64,000 nucleotides of DNA from a virus (IMGVR_UViG_3300027798_000017:32001-96000); one strand, 5' to 3'. Shown: positions 10,043 through 20,747, counted from the first letter of the stretch. Numbers and translations: made by a program. Notes: generated by a model not told the origin, from the sequence alone.

Positions 10043-11058
10043 TAGTTATTCCAGTGTTGTTCAACATTTCTTGTCAAGTTCATAAGAATCTCTTCGTTTA
10101 GAGGATTCTTCAAATACTCAGATACTTCAGCTGGTGTTTTTCCAAGCATTGCACCACTATCCATGTGATAAATGTTACCATCACCACGTGTAGCAATAAT
10201 TTTATAATAGTTAGCATCTTTCACCATAGCACGTAGTTTCAATGTTTCCATATCATACGCACTTACTTCTAAGAATCTTGATGCTGTTTTCTTTTTGTCT
10301 TTGTCAACAGTCTCACCATTAATGTATTTATCCATGTTGTCATATAAAACATCATTTGGTGTAGACTTTCTATACTCAGTAGAATTAGAGTCAATCACTT
10401 TACACACTAAGAATAACTTGTTAGCATTCTTGTCATAAAGTTTTTGAAGTTCTGCTAATGCTTTATTACGTAGTTTTTTGACTTCAGTTTTAATGCTGAT
10501 AGTTTCTTCATATCTATCCAAATAAAACTTATGCGTTACACTTGTCCTAGCTTGTTCAAGTGATTTTGCAACTAGTGAAAATCCACCTGCTTCAATAGCT
10601 TTCAACTTGATAAGATCATATGAATCAATTTTTGGATCTAAGAACACAGGATCATTACCCATTCTTAAAACAATCTTTTCCCAAAACTCAGAATTATCAG
10701 GTTTAAGTAGTTTTACTTTATTCCAAAACTCTGTGTCTTTTGGATCAATTACATTGGATGCTAATTCTCTTTCCAATTGTGCTACAATAGTTCTAATTTC
10801 TTTTACTGCTGCTTCACGTTCATCAATTGGTAACATTTTGATTTCTGGTGCAAATTCATTAAGACCTGTTACATATCTTTTAATTCCATTGAACTCAAGG
10901 CATGCTATAACTTCTTCATGTACAACTCCTTCAAATACTGCCATTTCAAATTTCTCCAATCCCATGTTAGAGATTGAAGCATTTACATAAGGTTTGATAG
11001 ACACAGTGCTTGCGCGTTTTAATGCTCTATCCTTTTCAACTAAGGTCATGTTTTCCAT
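10042..11058 (-). CDS. Conserved crAss-like structural-block protein (cargo/assembly)
   Basis: 338 aa, between MCP and ring gene; C-terminal LGKTP.EV.EYLKNPLNEE. Confidence 0.5.
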   Translation of the reverse strand: MENMTLVEKDRALKRASTVSIKPYVNASISNMGLEKFEMAVFEGVVHEEVIACLEFNGIKRYVTGLNEFAPEIKMLPIDEREAAVKEIRTIVAQLERELASNVIDPKDTEFWNKVKLLKPDNSEFWEKIVLRMGNDPVFLDPKIDSYDLIKLKAIEAGGFSLVAKSLEQARTSVTHKFYLDRYEETISIKTEVKKLRNKALAELQKLYDKNANKLFLVCKVIDSNSTEYRKSTPNDVLYDNMDKYINGETVDKDKKKTASRFLEVSAYDMETLKLRAMVKDANYYKIIATRGDGNIYHMDSGAMLGKTPAEVSEYLKNPLNEEILMNLTRNVEQHWNN

Positions 11059-11107
11059 TTTGTTTTGTTTTTAGGGTTTTTCTTCTTTCTTTGTAATACA
11101 AATGTAC

Positions 11108-11983
11108 TTATTTTTTCTTAGCTTCTAATGCTTCAACTTTAGCAGAAAGATCTTGTATAGCTTTCACAAGAATAGGAATAAGTTTACCATAGCTAGCCTC
11201 AAGTTTCTCTGGATTAGATTCATAAACTAATTTTAATGTATCAGCTAACTCTGCATCCTCTTGAGATTTCTTCAAGTCTTGAGCAATAAATCCAAAGTCT
11301 TTAATGTCATGTCTTCCTTCTTCATCACGATCATCCCATACAAACTTAACAGGCTTTAATCCTTTTATAAATTCAAGACCTACAGGCAATTCTTCAATTT
11401 CTTTTTTATCTCTAGCATCAGAAAGAGATGTGATGGAAGTTTGAGCACAACGTAAAGTATTTATAGAGTTAATACCAAGAGTTATTTCATTACTTACAGC
11501 AGAAGCACTAGGACTTGCGCCATTTCCAATGCATATATTTCCTTGACCTGTTAAGCTTGGTGTATTGTTTCCAGCCTGATTACCAATAAAAGTATTAGAA
11601 AATACATTTGCTGTAAGACTAGATCCAGCTTGTTGCCCTATACAAGTATTATTGCCTCCCGTAGTAATATTATTACCACTCGTAGAGCCTATAAAAGTAT
11701 TTGCACTACCAGTAGTCAATGACTGTCCAGCTCCAGCTCCTACCGCAACTGTGGTTATACATGTTGTTGCGCTAAGCATTGTTAATCTACCAATAGCAAC
11801 ATTACTTTGACCTGTTAAAGAAGTAGCTGCTCCTGCTCCAATAATTACAGAATCAGAAGAAGAAGGAATATTACTTGAATTACCTGCGTAAACAGTATTA
11901 TTTGCTCCTTCTATATTAACTCCATTTACATTAACTATATTTGTCCCTTGAGGCAATACGTTATCTACATTAAGTGTACTCAT
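11108..11983 (-). CDS. Beta-helical fibre/spike with C-terminal peptidase S74 intramolecular chaperone (paralog 4)
   Basis: NxxIG repeats; SDARDKK, GFIAQDL, LVKAIQDL. Confidence 0.8.
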   Translation of the reverse strand: MSTLNVDNVLPQGTNIVNVNGVNIEGANNTVYAGNSSNIPSSSDSVIIGAGAATSLTGQSNVAIGRLTMLSATTCITTVAVGAGAGQSLTTGSANTFIGSTSGNNITTGGNNTCIGQQAGSSLTANVFSNTFIGNQAGNNTPSLTGQGNICIGNGASPSASAVSNEITLGINSINTLRCAQTSITSLSDARDKKEIEELPVGLEFIKGLKPVKFVWDDRDEEGRHDIKDFGFIAQDLKKSQEDAELADTLKLVYESNPEKLEASYGKLIPILVKAIQDLSAKVEALEAKKK

Positions 11984-11984
11984 T

Positions 11985-12836
11985 TTATTTATTTTTTAGC
12001 GTTAATATTTCTTCTTTTAGAGATTTGATCTCTGTATTCATTTCTTGAATTGCTTTAACTAAGATAGGGATTAATCTACCGTAAGATGCTTCTAATTTTT
12101 CAGGATTAGACTCATAAACTAATTTCAAACTATCTGCTATACCACTTTCATCTTGACACTTTTTTAAATCTTGAGCAATAAAACCAATATCATTAATATC
12201 TCTTTTTTCTTCAATGTCTCTGTCATTCCATACAAATTTAACAGGTTTTAATGCATTAATAAATTCTAAACCAACTGGTAATTCTTTTATTTCTTTTTTG
12301 TCTCTACCATCAGATACTGCTGTAATAGTAGTTGCAGCACATCTAAGAGTTGCTACAAATGGATTTCCAAGTGTAAATTCAGAATAGGGATTACTAACAC
12401 TTGGTTGTGAATTAGCTCCTATGCAAGTAGAATTAACACCTGACACAGAATTACTCCCAGCATTCCATCCAATAAATGTATTCCCATCTTGTTGATTTTG
12501 TTGACCAGCACCAACTCCAATATAAGTATTCAAAGAACCATTAATATTTTGACTACCTGATCCAGTACCAATATAAGTATTTGCATACCCATTAATATTA
12601 CTTGTTCCTGCTGAATGACCAATAAAAGTATTACCTCCTGTTGATAAATCAGCTGCTCCTGCAAGGTTTCCAATAAACACGCATTCCTGACTTGGTCTTA
12701 ATATATTACTAGAAGTTAATTGAATAGTGTTATTTGCATTTTTTGCAATGTTAACCCCATTTACATCTACCATAGTTCCATTCAATGGATTTATTACGTC
12801 TGTGTCTATGTCTAAAACTGACAATCCTACTGGCAT
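11985..12836 (-). CDS. Beta-helical fibre/spike with S74 chaperone (paralog 3)
   Basis: NTFIG/NTYIG repeats; SDGRDKK, GFIAQDL. Confidence 0.8.
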   Translation of the reverse strand: MPVGLSVLDIDTDVINPLNGTMVDVNGVNIAKNANNTIQLTSSNILRPSQECVFIGNLAGAADLSTGGNTFIGHSAGTSNINGYANTYIGTGSGSQNINGSLNTYIGVGAGQQNQQDGNTFIGWNAGSNSVSGVNSTCIGANSQPSVSNPYSEFTLGNPFVATLRCAATTITAVSDGRDKKEIKELPVGLEFINALKPVKFVWNDRDIEEKRDINDIGFIAQDLKKCQDESGIADSLKLVYESNPEKLEASYGRLIPILVKAIQEMNTEIKSLKEEILTLKNK

Positions 12837-12837
12837 C

Positions 12838-13599
12838 TTATTTATTTTTTAATTGTTTAACTTCTTCTGATAGCTCTTGGATTGCTTTTACTAATACAGG
12901 TATCAATCTACCATAACTAGCTTCAAGTTTCTCTGGATTCTCTTCGTAGACAAGTTTAAGAACTTCTGCTTTTTCAGCATCTTCTTGTGCTTTCTTTAAA
13001 TCTTGTGCTATGAATCCAAAATCAGCTATATCATGTCTACCATTTTCATCTCTATCGTTCCATGTGAACTCAACTGGTCTAAGGGCTTCTACAAACTCTA
13101 AACCTGTACTTAAATCCTTAACATCTTTTTTGTCTCTAGCATCTGACAATGATGTAATAGTGGTTACAGCAGCTCTAATAACTGTATTTGCAGAATTTCC
13201 TAATGTTATTTCATTAATAGCTGTAGGTGTAGAACCTGTGCTTCCTCGACCAATAAAAATGCAGTTTTGAGATCCTGTCATTCCATATCCTGCATTTTGT
13301 CCTATAGCAGTATTATTACCAGATCCAAATCCAGTAATTGTCTGTAATGCCGCATTACCAACAGCTGTGTTATCATCTCCGCTACAATTTAATAAAGCCC
13401 TAAATCCAAAAGCTGTATTATTTAATTCAGTATTTAATGTAGAGGCAGCTAAAGCTCCATTACCAATACCTATACTAACATTATCACCTAAATTATTAGG
13501 TATTACTTTTACATTTGCTCCATTGATATTAACAGGAAAAATTGTATTTGTTGGTGATGAAACTCCATTCAAAACCTGATCTACATAAATTGTACTCAT
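12838..13599 (-). CDS. Beta-helical fibre/spike with S74 chaperone (paralog 2)
   Basis: NTAFG/NTAVG/NTAIG repeats; SDARDKK, GFIAQDL. Confidence 0.8.
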   Translation of the reverse strand: MSTIYVDQVLNGVSSPTNTIFPVNINGANVKVIPNNLGDNVSIGIGNGALAASTLNTELNNTAFGFRALLNCSGDDNTAVGNAALQTITGFGSGNNTAIGQNAGYGMTGSQNCIFIGRGSTGSTPTAINEITLGNSANTVIRAAVTTITSLSDARDKKDVKDLSTGLEFVEALRPVEFTWNDRDENGRHDIADFGFIAQDLKKAQEDAEKAEVLKLVYEENPEKLEASYGRLIPVLVKAIQELSEEVKQLKNK

Positions 13600-13600
13600 T

Positions 13601-14455
13601 TTATTTATTTTTTAATTCTTTAACTTCTGCTGATAACTCTTGAATAGCTTTAACTAAGACAGGAATCAATTTACCATAAGATGCCTCTAATTTCTCAGGA
13701 TTTTCATCATACACTAATCCTAAATAATCATCATCTAATTCTTTTAAATCTTGTGCTATAAAACCTAAGTCTTTAATATCTTTCTTAGCACCATCTCTAG
13801 TGTCCCATTCAAATGTAACAGGTTTAAGAGACTCAATTAAATCAAGGCCATAAGTAGATTCTTCAATATTTTTCTTATCTCTAGAATCAGACAAGGATGT
13901 AATGCTTGTTACAGCACAACGTAATACATTATTAGCTGCATTACCTAATGTAATAGAGTTAGCTGAATTTAATGCTGGTATAGCAGATGCAGCACCTATA
14001 CATATATTGTTACTTCCAGTAGTATCTAAATATTGATTAGCATTAGATCCAATGTATGTATTATTTTGACCTGTTGAATTAGTAGCTCCAGAATTAGTAC
14101 CAATAAAAACATTTCCCCCACCAGTACTAAGTTGATTGCCAGCTAAAGCTCCAACACAAACATTTAATGTACCTGTTGTTAATTGTTGACCTGGAAGCCT
14201 TCCTATCAAAATGTTATCAGCTCCTGTTGGTTGTCCAGTATTACCGATAGCTACTGTACCACCACCCAGAGAACCTAATACATTGTAATTAGAAATCTGA
14301 ATTATTCCATTGCTAGCTCCTCCAACTTTTATTCCTCCTACTGAAGGTAAACCTCCTGGTGAACTCATTATATCACCTGTTACATTTAACCCACTACTTA
14401 CTGTTACGTTTGCAACAGACTGAGGAGAAACTATGTCTACGTTTATTGTACTCAT
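13601..14455 (-). CDS. Beta-helical fibre/spike with S74 chaperone (paralog 1)
   Basis: NVFIG/NTYIG repeats; SDSRDKK, GFIAQDL. Confidence 0.8.
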   Translation of the reverse strand: MSTINVDIVSPQSVANVTVSSGLNVTGDIMSSPGGLPSVGGIKVGGASNGIIQISNYNVLGSLGGGTVAIGNTGQPTGADNILIGRLPGQQLTTGTLNVCVGALAGNQLSTGGGNVFIGTNSGATNSTGQNNTYIGSNANQYLDTTGSNNICIGAASAIPALNSANSITLGNAANNVLRCAVTSITSLSDSRDKKNIEESTYGLDLIESLKPVTFEWDTRDGAKKDIKDLGFIAQDLKELDDDYLGLVYDENPEKLEASYGKLIPVLVKAIQELSAEVKELKNK

Positions 14456-14473
14456 CTTATTTATTTTTTAAGT

Positions 14474-14839
14474 TTATACGATTGTTAAAGTTGTTCCTAC
14501 AGGGATAGTTAATGTGTATCCACTTGCTATTGCTAATGGTCCAGTATATTGGACATTTGCTCCAACAGGTAATGTAATATTTTCAGCCAATGGTCCAATT
14601 ATTCTAAATCCATTTGTGTAAATACTACCACCACTGTTTGTTCCTACAGCATAACTTAAAAAATCCTCAGTATTTATAATAGCATCTTCAAATGATATTG
14701 CATTACCATTTATTAAAGCTGTTGTTACAATGATATATGTTTCTTGTGTATTATTGATGACAGATGCAACAGCACCATTTGCTACCAATGATTCAAAATA
14801 AGTTGAATTTTCAAAATTTAATTGAGGTGTTCTTGCCAT
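14474..14839 (-). CDS. Small virion protein, possible fibre adaptor
   Basis: C-terminal GPLAIASGYTLTIPVGTTLTIV beta motif directly upstream of the MSTxNVD fibre genes. Confidence 0.5.
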   Translation of the reverse strand: MARTPQLNFENSTYFESLVANGAVASVINNTQETYIIVTTALINGNAISFEDAIINTEDFLSYAVGTNSGGSIYTNGFRIIGPLAENITLPVGANVQYTGPLAIASGYTLTIPVGTTLTIV

Positions 14840-14854
14840 GATTTTTTTTTTAAG

Positions 14855-14999
14855 TTATTAGTTTGCAACGTTAGTCAGCATTTCTGCCTAAGCTCCTGAA
14901 CCACGCCAAGGTGTTGCTTTCAAGAGAACCAAGAGATTTTACTCTCTTGGCGTTTGCTTCCATCAGATTCACATCTGATATTGAGGAGGTGGAGCGTCC
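14855..14999 (-). ncRNA. Structured RNA element immediately 3' of the MCP stop codon
   Basis: Sense-strand hairpins AUCAGAU-GUGA-AUCUGAU and GCA-GAAA-UGC (GNRA loops); ACGCCAAG/CUUGGCGU stem; GCUCC/GGAGC closing stem. Confidence 0.5.
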
Positions 15000-16628
15000 T
15001 TAGAATGATCCTCCAGTCACTGGATTTCTCATAACTATCTTCAACACTTTAGTTGGATCTTTAACCCAAATAGATGGCATTGTCTGAGACATCATAACGC
15101 GATATCCATTAAAGTTTCCAGAAGACTGGAATCCTTGTGAACGTCCCATGTAGTCCATAGTACCATTTTGGTAGAACCATTTTAACTCACTGTCCCATTT
15201 CAATTTCAACAAGAAGATGTTGTCATTTGTGTTGTCAGTGATGTCAAAGATAATAAAGTTGTAAGAAGATAATGGGAAACCATCAATGATTGGGTTTTCA
15301 ATATCGTTAGTGTGAACATTGTCAAATGCTGGATTCAATACAAATTTCACATTTGCCAAGAAAGGAATTGTGTAGCTTGTAAATGCAAATCCAAAGTTCA
15401 AGTCCATTGCACTGTTACCAGAGATAGCACCAACACCTGATTGATCCATGTTGACAGTAAGACCTGTACCAAACGCTTCTCTCTTGATTTGTTGGTTGAT
15501 CATTTTCATACCTGCCATACCTGTTTGTACAATCAAGTTACGTTGTGGATCTGGTCCTTTGAACTCAACTTTACCATTGTAGAAGTTAAAGATCTCAGAG
15601 CGGAACAAGTCAAGAGTAAATCCTGATTTGTTGTAGATTCTTTTGTAAGAGTTGTCTAACTGTGCCCAAAGTCCAACAGATAATCTCATGTCATCTGGAC
15701 CATCTTGTTTAATCTTACCACCTTGACCCCACATTAAGTAAGTTTCAATATCTGTAGCAATCTTAGTCAAGTGAGCAGCTTCCATTTTTGTCAAGAAAGA
15801 ACGTGTCAATGATCCATTGTCATATGCTTTTTTGATATACTCTTTACCCATAACTGCTAACATTTGGTCAATGTTTGCGATAGATGGATCAAGATTTTTG
15901 TCAAATGTTCTCCAGATTTCAGTTACAGGAACTGAACCATCTGCATTTAAACCACCTTTCATCATCATCTCTGCACGAGAAGATACTGAATAGTGTACGT
16001 GAGCTTCAGCACCACCAACAAAGTTGTAGTACTCACGGTATCCATTTGTCAATTCACCAATGTCAGAGAATCTTTCTCCATACTCACCACGCGCAGAACC
16101 TTTTCTAAAGAATTTAGTTCCTGGTTTTAAGTACTTATGATCCAAAGATGCACTGTTGTTATTGTTAACAAGTTGAACAGTGTAGATAAATCCATCAGCA
16201 GAAGGAAGAATGTCATCAGCAACGATGTACATCTCCAAACCTTTATACTTGTCATAAGTGATTATATCACCATGACCAAATACACGTCTGTTTAGTTTGA
16301 TCTTGAAGGTAGTACCATCTTGACCAAGAATAGCAGAAGCTGATTCAATATCCTCAGTAATATAAGGAAGGTCTTGCACAATTGGAGTTTGCCACTTGTA
16401 CTCGCCACGTGGTGTGTCTACCAAAATTGTGTTCTTACCTCCAAATGAAGACATTTGGTAAAGAGGCATTTCTACTTTTTGAGACATTGCCCAAAGATCA
16501 ACAGGACCCAAATCCATAGGTTCTGCAGACTTCAGCATGTTTACTAGGTGGTATGAATCTAGGTGAGACGAAACTTTGTAGCTTGTGTCTCTCAGAAACA
16601 GACCGTTGTTTAAAACTGGTGTTGCCAT
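15000..16628 (-). CDS. Major capsid protein (crAss-like HK97 fold)
   Basis: 542 aa after portal and scaffold; TYLMWGQGG, GLWAQLD, KFVLNPAFD and WVKDPTK motifs. Confidence 0.85.
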   Translation of the reverse strand: MATPVLNNGLFLRDTSYKVSSHLDSYHLVNMLKSAEPMDLGPVDLWAMSQKVEMPLYQMSSFGGKNTILVDTPRGEYKWQTPIVQDLPYITEDIESASAILGQDGTTFKIKLNRRVFGHGDIITYDKYKGLEMYIVADDILPSADGFIYTVQLVNNNNSASLDHKYLKPGTKFFRKGSARGEYGERFSDIGELTNGYREYYNFVGGAEAHVHYSVSSRAEMMMKGGLNADGSVPVTEIWRTFDKNLDPSIANIDQMLAVMGKEYIKKAYDNGSLTRSFLTKMEAAHLTKIATDIETYLMWGQGGKIKQDGPDDMRLSVGLWAQLDNSYKRIYNKSGFTLDLFRSEIFNFYNGKVEFKGPDPQRNLIVQTGMAGMKMINQQIKREAFGTGLTVNMDQSGVGAISGNSAMDLNFGFAFTSYTIPFLANVKFVLNPAFDNVHTNDIENPIIDGFPLSSYNFIIFDITDNTNDNIFLLKLKWDSELKWFYQNGTMDYMGRSQGFQSSGNFNGYRVMMSQTMPSIWVKDPTKVLKIVMRNPVTGGSF

Positions 16629-16657
16629 TTTTTGTTGTATTTAGAGTTAATAAATTT

Positions 16658-17878
16658 TTATCTTGCAAAAATATTGCGTGGTTTCTTTAATGAAGGTCTT
16701 GAACTTTGAACTTCTTTTTCTTCTGTTACTGTTGAAGATAATTTTCTTGCTTCTTCAGTTTTTAATTTTTTTACAGTTTCTTGTGTTGCTTCACTACGTC
16801 CTTGTTTTCTTATCTGTTCCTTGTAATCATTTGGATCTGACAATAACCATAACGTTTCAGCGATGAGGTCATATCTAGGACTATTGCTAAATTGATACTC
16901 TTCAAGTAATCTACCCAAAAGATTTGTTGGTTTTCCTTGTAGACTTTCATATTTCAAAGTGGTCAATTCTTCCCATAAGAACTTTTGACGCTTGTTGTCT
17001 ACCTTTACACCATTCAAATCACCTGGCTTTAAAGTATTATATATGTTATCCATATACATTTCCTTTTGCTGTTGTTGTTGCAATTTAAACTGCTCTTGTT
17101 GTGCAAGTTTAGACTGTAACACTTCTGATTGCATGTCATCTAATTTTGGTTTAAATTGATTTGCGCGTTTGGCTATTGTGCCACTATTAACCCACTCTTC
17201 AATCTGATCTTCAATTAATGCTTGATCACCACTTCCAAAATTAGTAGCGTGTAAGTATTGACGTACAATCATTTCTTGATGTTCGTCATTTCCAGGATCT
17301 AATGAACGTTGTTCTTCTACTTGTGACAGTGCTCTAAACAATCCTTTCATATCCTTTCCACCTTTTGCTACATACTGAGCTGCATATTGCAACTCTTCAG
17401 GTAATGCTTCAAAGAACTCTTTTGGAGTTTGCTCACGTAAGGCTCTCTCCTTTTCATCTATATTTGCTTGGATTAATTCTCTCCAATCTTTTATAGAGTA
17501 TTCATCCATGGACTTGTCATCTTCAAAACCCATTAAGACGCCTTCTTCAATAAGTTTTGAGAATGTTTCAACCATTCCACTTTTGTCAATCTTCTTTCTA
17601 CCTACTTTGCTTGAATCATCATCCTCGCTAAATGCGCCATCTAGTTCTGACAATGCCTCATCAACTTCTTCTTTAGTTACCTTAGTGTTTTCATCATCTT
17701 TGTCAATGAAACTAAAGTCAGTTGGTTTATCATTTTTTGAAAAAACTGTTTTAGTTTCTTCTTCATCTGTTGTAACCACACTGTCTGCACCTGGTAAAGG
17801 TAAAAAGTCATCAATGTTTTCAAGTGTTACTGAATTCACCTCTTGTGGATCAGTCATTGCTTTTGTTATTTCTTCCAT
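16658..17878 (-). CDS. Scaffolding-like protein
   Basis: Acidic N-terminus, helical/coiled-coil, between portal and MCP. Confidence 0.6.
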   Translation of the reverse strand: MEEITKAMTDPQEVNSVTLENIDDFLPLPGADSVVTTDEEETKTVFSKNDKPTDFSFIDKDDENTKVTKEEVDEALSELDGAFSEDDDSSKVGRKKIDKSGMVETFSKLIEEGVLMGFEDDKSMDEYSIKDWRELIQANIDEKERALREQTPKEFFEALPEELQYAAQYVAKGGKDMKGLFRALSQVEEQRSLDPGNDEHQEMIVRQYLHATNFGSGDQALIEDQIEEWVNSGTIAKRANQFKPKLDDMQSEVLQSKLAQQEQFKLQQQQQKEMYMDNIYNTLKPGDLNGVKVDNKRQKFLWEELTTLKYESLQGKPTNLLGRLLEEYQFSNSPRYDLIAETLWLLSDPNDYKEQIRKQGRSEATQETVKKLKTEEARKLSSTVTEEKEVQSSRPSLKKPRNIFAR

Positions 17879-17998
17879 ACAATTTGTTTTTTGGTTTTTT
17901 CTTCTTCTTCCTTCAATAATAAGTTAGCAAATAAACTTCAAAAATTTAAACTAGCAATGATGCTTAGTAAAGATTTTTGACACTATATAGCTATTAGA

Positions 17999-20746
17999 CT
18001 ATTTTTTCTTCTTGTTTGTATCTTTAACATCATACTTATTCTTGTTTGCAAGAGCAATTTGTACTTGCTTATCTGCAATATCTCTACGTGATTGTATCTC
18101 TTGACGTTTTATATCAGCATTCATTTGAGTTTCAACCATTCTATTAGTCTCACGACTTTCATCAATTGCTTGACCTCTATCTCTTTCTCTACGTTTGTCA
18201 AGATATTCAAGCGTATCAATGTAGTCAGTTTGCTGATTAAGATTCTGATCTTTCATACCAGTAAATCCTGCTGCACGTATTTCAGCAACTTGAATTTCTG
18301 TATCTCTATCAAGTTGTGCTTGTTCTGCTTTGTACTGAAGTTCAGCATCTTGACGTTTGTTTTCACCATCTTGACGCATTTGTTCAGATTGTTGTTGAGA
18401 CTGCATTTGTTGTTGTTGTTGACCTTGAACTTTCTCTTCAACCGCTTTAAGAGTATGTGTTATTTCTGCAAGTGAATCAGCTTTAATCAAATTACCTAAA
18501 TCATAAATAGATGCTCCAGATGTATTATTCTGTATAGCCAACTGACGTATCTGCTCCATTATCTGACGTTGATTGACTTTGGTAGAGATAAAGATATTTA
18601 ACTCTCTTGCCAAAAGTTCTGTACCATTCATCTCAAAATTTACTTTCTCATCCATAGTTGTCATATACTGAAGTCTAAGACTTGGTCTGGTTGAGTGGTA
18701 ATACTGAGCTAAGTCAGTACGCATTTGATGTACACGTGGCATTAAGTATTCTGAATGTTGTACAAAATACATCTCAGTCTGAGAATAACTTTGATTAATA
18801 GCTTGTTCTATACCTTGCGCTGTTTCTTGTGCATTTACAGCACCCATACGCTGAGGTGATAAACCAATAGTTTCAAAACACTGTTGTTTAAAATGATTAG
18901 CAAGTTGTATCCTTGACATTAATCTATTTGTTTGCTCTAGGTTAAGTACTTGATAATGATTAAAGTTCAATGCATTTTCAGTATTTGTAATTGATGTATC
19001 AAGAGGTAATATACCAAAGTTCTTCATAGCAACATACGCTTTACCAAAATTACCATGTCCCCAATCTTCACCAGCAGAGTGACGTGGCAATGCGTTTTGA
19101 TCCAACATAATAACAGTACCTAATTCATCAATTAAGATATCAGCTATTTGGTTATTTACAAGATTATATCCAACTTGATATGGTTTCATTTTGTCAACCA
19201 TAGAACGTGACTTAGTGTTTCTATCTGAGAATATAGCACCTTCTACTGGTAACTTACAACCATACAATGTAAAATCTCCTTTGAATTGGAATTTTACTGG
19301 TGCTACGTTTAAGTAGATAGGAGAAAAGTTAAGGTTGTCTGTGTTACCATAGAACGTTGGTCTATTAGGACCAATCTTTACACCACCCCATGTTTGGTTA
19401 ATCCATATCCAATCTATATGCTCGCCAAAGACAAGTGTGTCACGTGACTTTTGCTTAATAACCTTTGTGTCATAAACTGGCTTCTCAGTAACTTTATAAT
19501 TCTCATCAATAATTAAATCCACAAGCATACCTGTTTCATCAATTCTAGTCATATGACCAACCATTCTCTGAGACTTCCAATAACATGTTGTAACACGTAG
19601 TAGACCAGTATTATCAAAATCCATTAAGTCTTCAGACTCTGCAAGAATTCTAAGAATTATATCATCACCAGTACTATTAACAGTATCGCGATAAGAAGTA
19701 AACTGACGCATTCCCAATGATGGACCATCAACATTCCACTCATGTGAGCGCGTGGCATCGTAGAATGAACCATCATTTTGTACACCTGGTAAAATGTAAC
19801 CTGCAGATTTTACAGGATAAATAGCCTCAAGGCTCTTTAACTGTTCTCCTGACATAGCATATCCATATTTATCAATTACGTCTGCTGGTGTCATTAAATC
19901 AACCTTACCTGCAAAATTAGATTGTGATATGTATCTAGCTCCTGGAGATTTATGATAGAATGTTATAACTGGATTCCATACTTCAAGTTCATAGTCATCT
20001 TCAAGCATATTAAAATGCCAAAATTCTCTATCTGCAACAAGACTATCTCTAAATCCAACAGTTTCAAGCTCTTTAAGATTAAAGCGTTCTGTATCAACAT
20101 TATGCTGATGTCCTGCCCATTCTTCTATTAATGATTTATAGTTCTTCTTAAAAAATTCTTCTATTTCTGGTAATGTTTTTATAGCTTCTGGTGACATCAT
20201 TTGCTGAGCTTGTTGTGCTTGCTCTTCATTGTTCATGTCAAGTCCCATTTCCTGAACTTTTGCTTGCATCTTTCCCTCTGCTGCAGACAATAAAGTTTGT
20301 TCAAGCATTGCACGTTTTTCCTCAAGCATCTCATTGTATGATGCATCGTCTACAGATTTGTACATGATTTTATCATTGCGCTTTGCAAACTCACCAACCA
20401 TTACATTTATAACGTTTGGTATAATTGGAAAAAACTTTAACTCAAATGCAGACACATCTTCTTTTGTCAGAACATCAATAAGTTCTGCCATGTCATTATC
20501 TTCTTCAACAATATAGTCTGTCTTGTCAATAATACCATTGGCCAATTTGTAGTTCTTTAGCAAACGTCTAGCATTTCTGCGTATTTGCTTTAGACCTTGC
20601 ATCTCAAACCAATCCATATTCCAAGCACCCCATGCTTCGTCTTTTTCTGATGTTCTTAAAAATTGTACAGGTTGAGTAAATGTACCCATTCTGTTACTTT
20701 CAACTTTGGCGCCATTCTTAAGTTGCAGTGCGTTAAATACTTGCAT
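17999..20746 (-). CDS. Portal protein
   Basis: 915 aa directly downstream of TerL; FFPIIPNVINVMVGE, SMVDKMKPYQ, IGLSPQRMG; Gln-rich C-terminal coil. Confidence 0.85.
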   Translation of the reverse strand: MQVFNALQLKNGAKVESNRMGTFTQPVQFLRTSEKDEAWGAWNMDWFEMQGLKQIRRNARRLLKNYKLANGIIDKTDYIVEEDNDMAELIDVLTKEDVSAFELKFFPIIPNVINVMVGEFAKRNDKIMYKSVDDASYNEMLEEKRAMLEQTLLSAAEGKMQAKVQEMGLDMNNEEQAQQAQQMMSPEAIKTLPEIEEFFKKNYKSLIEEWAGHQHNVDTERFNLKELETVGFRDSLVADREFWHFNMLEDDYELEVWNPVITFYHKSPGARYISQSNFAGKVDLMTPADVIDKYGYAMSGEQLKSLEAIYPVKSAGYILPGVQNDGSFYDATRSHEWNVDGPSLGMRQFTSYRDTVNSTGDDIILRILAESEDLMDFDNTGLLRVTTCYWKSQRMVGHMTRIDETGMLVDLIIDENYKVTEKPVYDTKVIKQKSRDTLVFGEHIDWIWINQTWGGVKIGPNRPTFYGNTDNLNFSPIYLNVAPVKFQFKGDFTLYGCKLPVEGAIFSDRNTKSRSMVDKMKPYQVGYNLVNNQIADILIDELGTVIMLDQNALPRHSAGEDWGHGNFGKAYVAMKNFGILPLDTSITNTENALNFNHYQVLNLEQTNRLMSRIQLANHFKQQCFETIGLSPQRMGAVNAQETAQGIEQAINQSYSQTEMYFVQHSEYLMPRVHQMRTDLAQYYHSTRPSLRLQYMTTMDEKVNFEMNGTELLARELNIFISTKVNQRQIMEQIRQLAIQNNTSGASIYDLGNLIKADSLAEITHTLKAVEEKVQGQQQQQMQSQQQSEQMRQDGENKRQDAELQYKAEQAQLDRDTEIQVAEIRAAGFTGMKDQNLNQQTDYIDTLEYLDKRRERDRGQAIDESRETNRMVETQMNADIKRQEIQSRRDIADKQVQIALANKNKYDVKDTNKKKK

Positions 20747-20747
20747 A

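Noticed and set aside
14860-14999. HDV-like ribozyme assignment for the MCP 3' element
   Set aside because: GCAAC/GUUGC, ACC-loop-GGU and CUAA resemble P2, P3 and J4/2, but the loop is UUGGCGU and no clean P1 or P1.1 can be drawn; kept only as an unassigned structure
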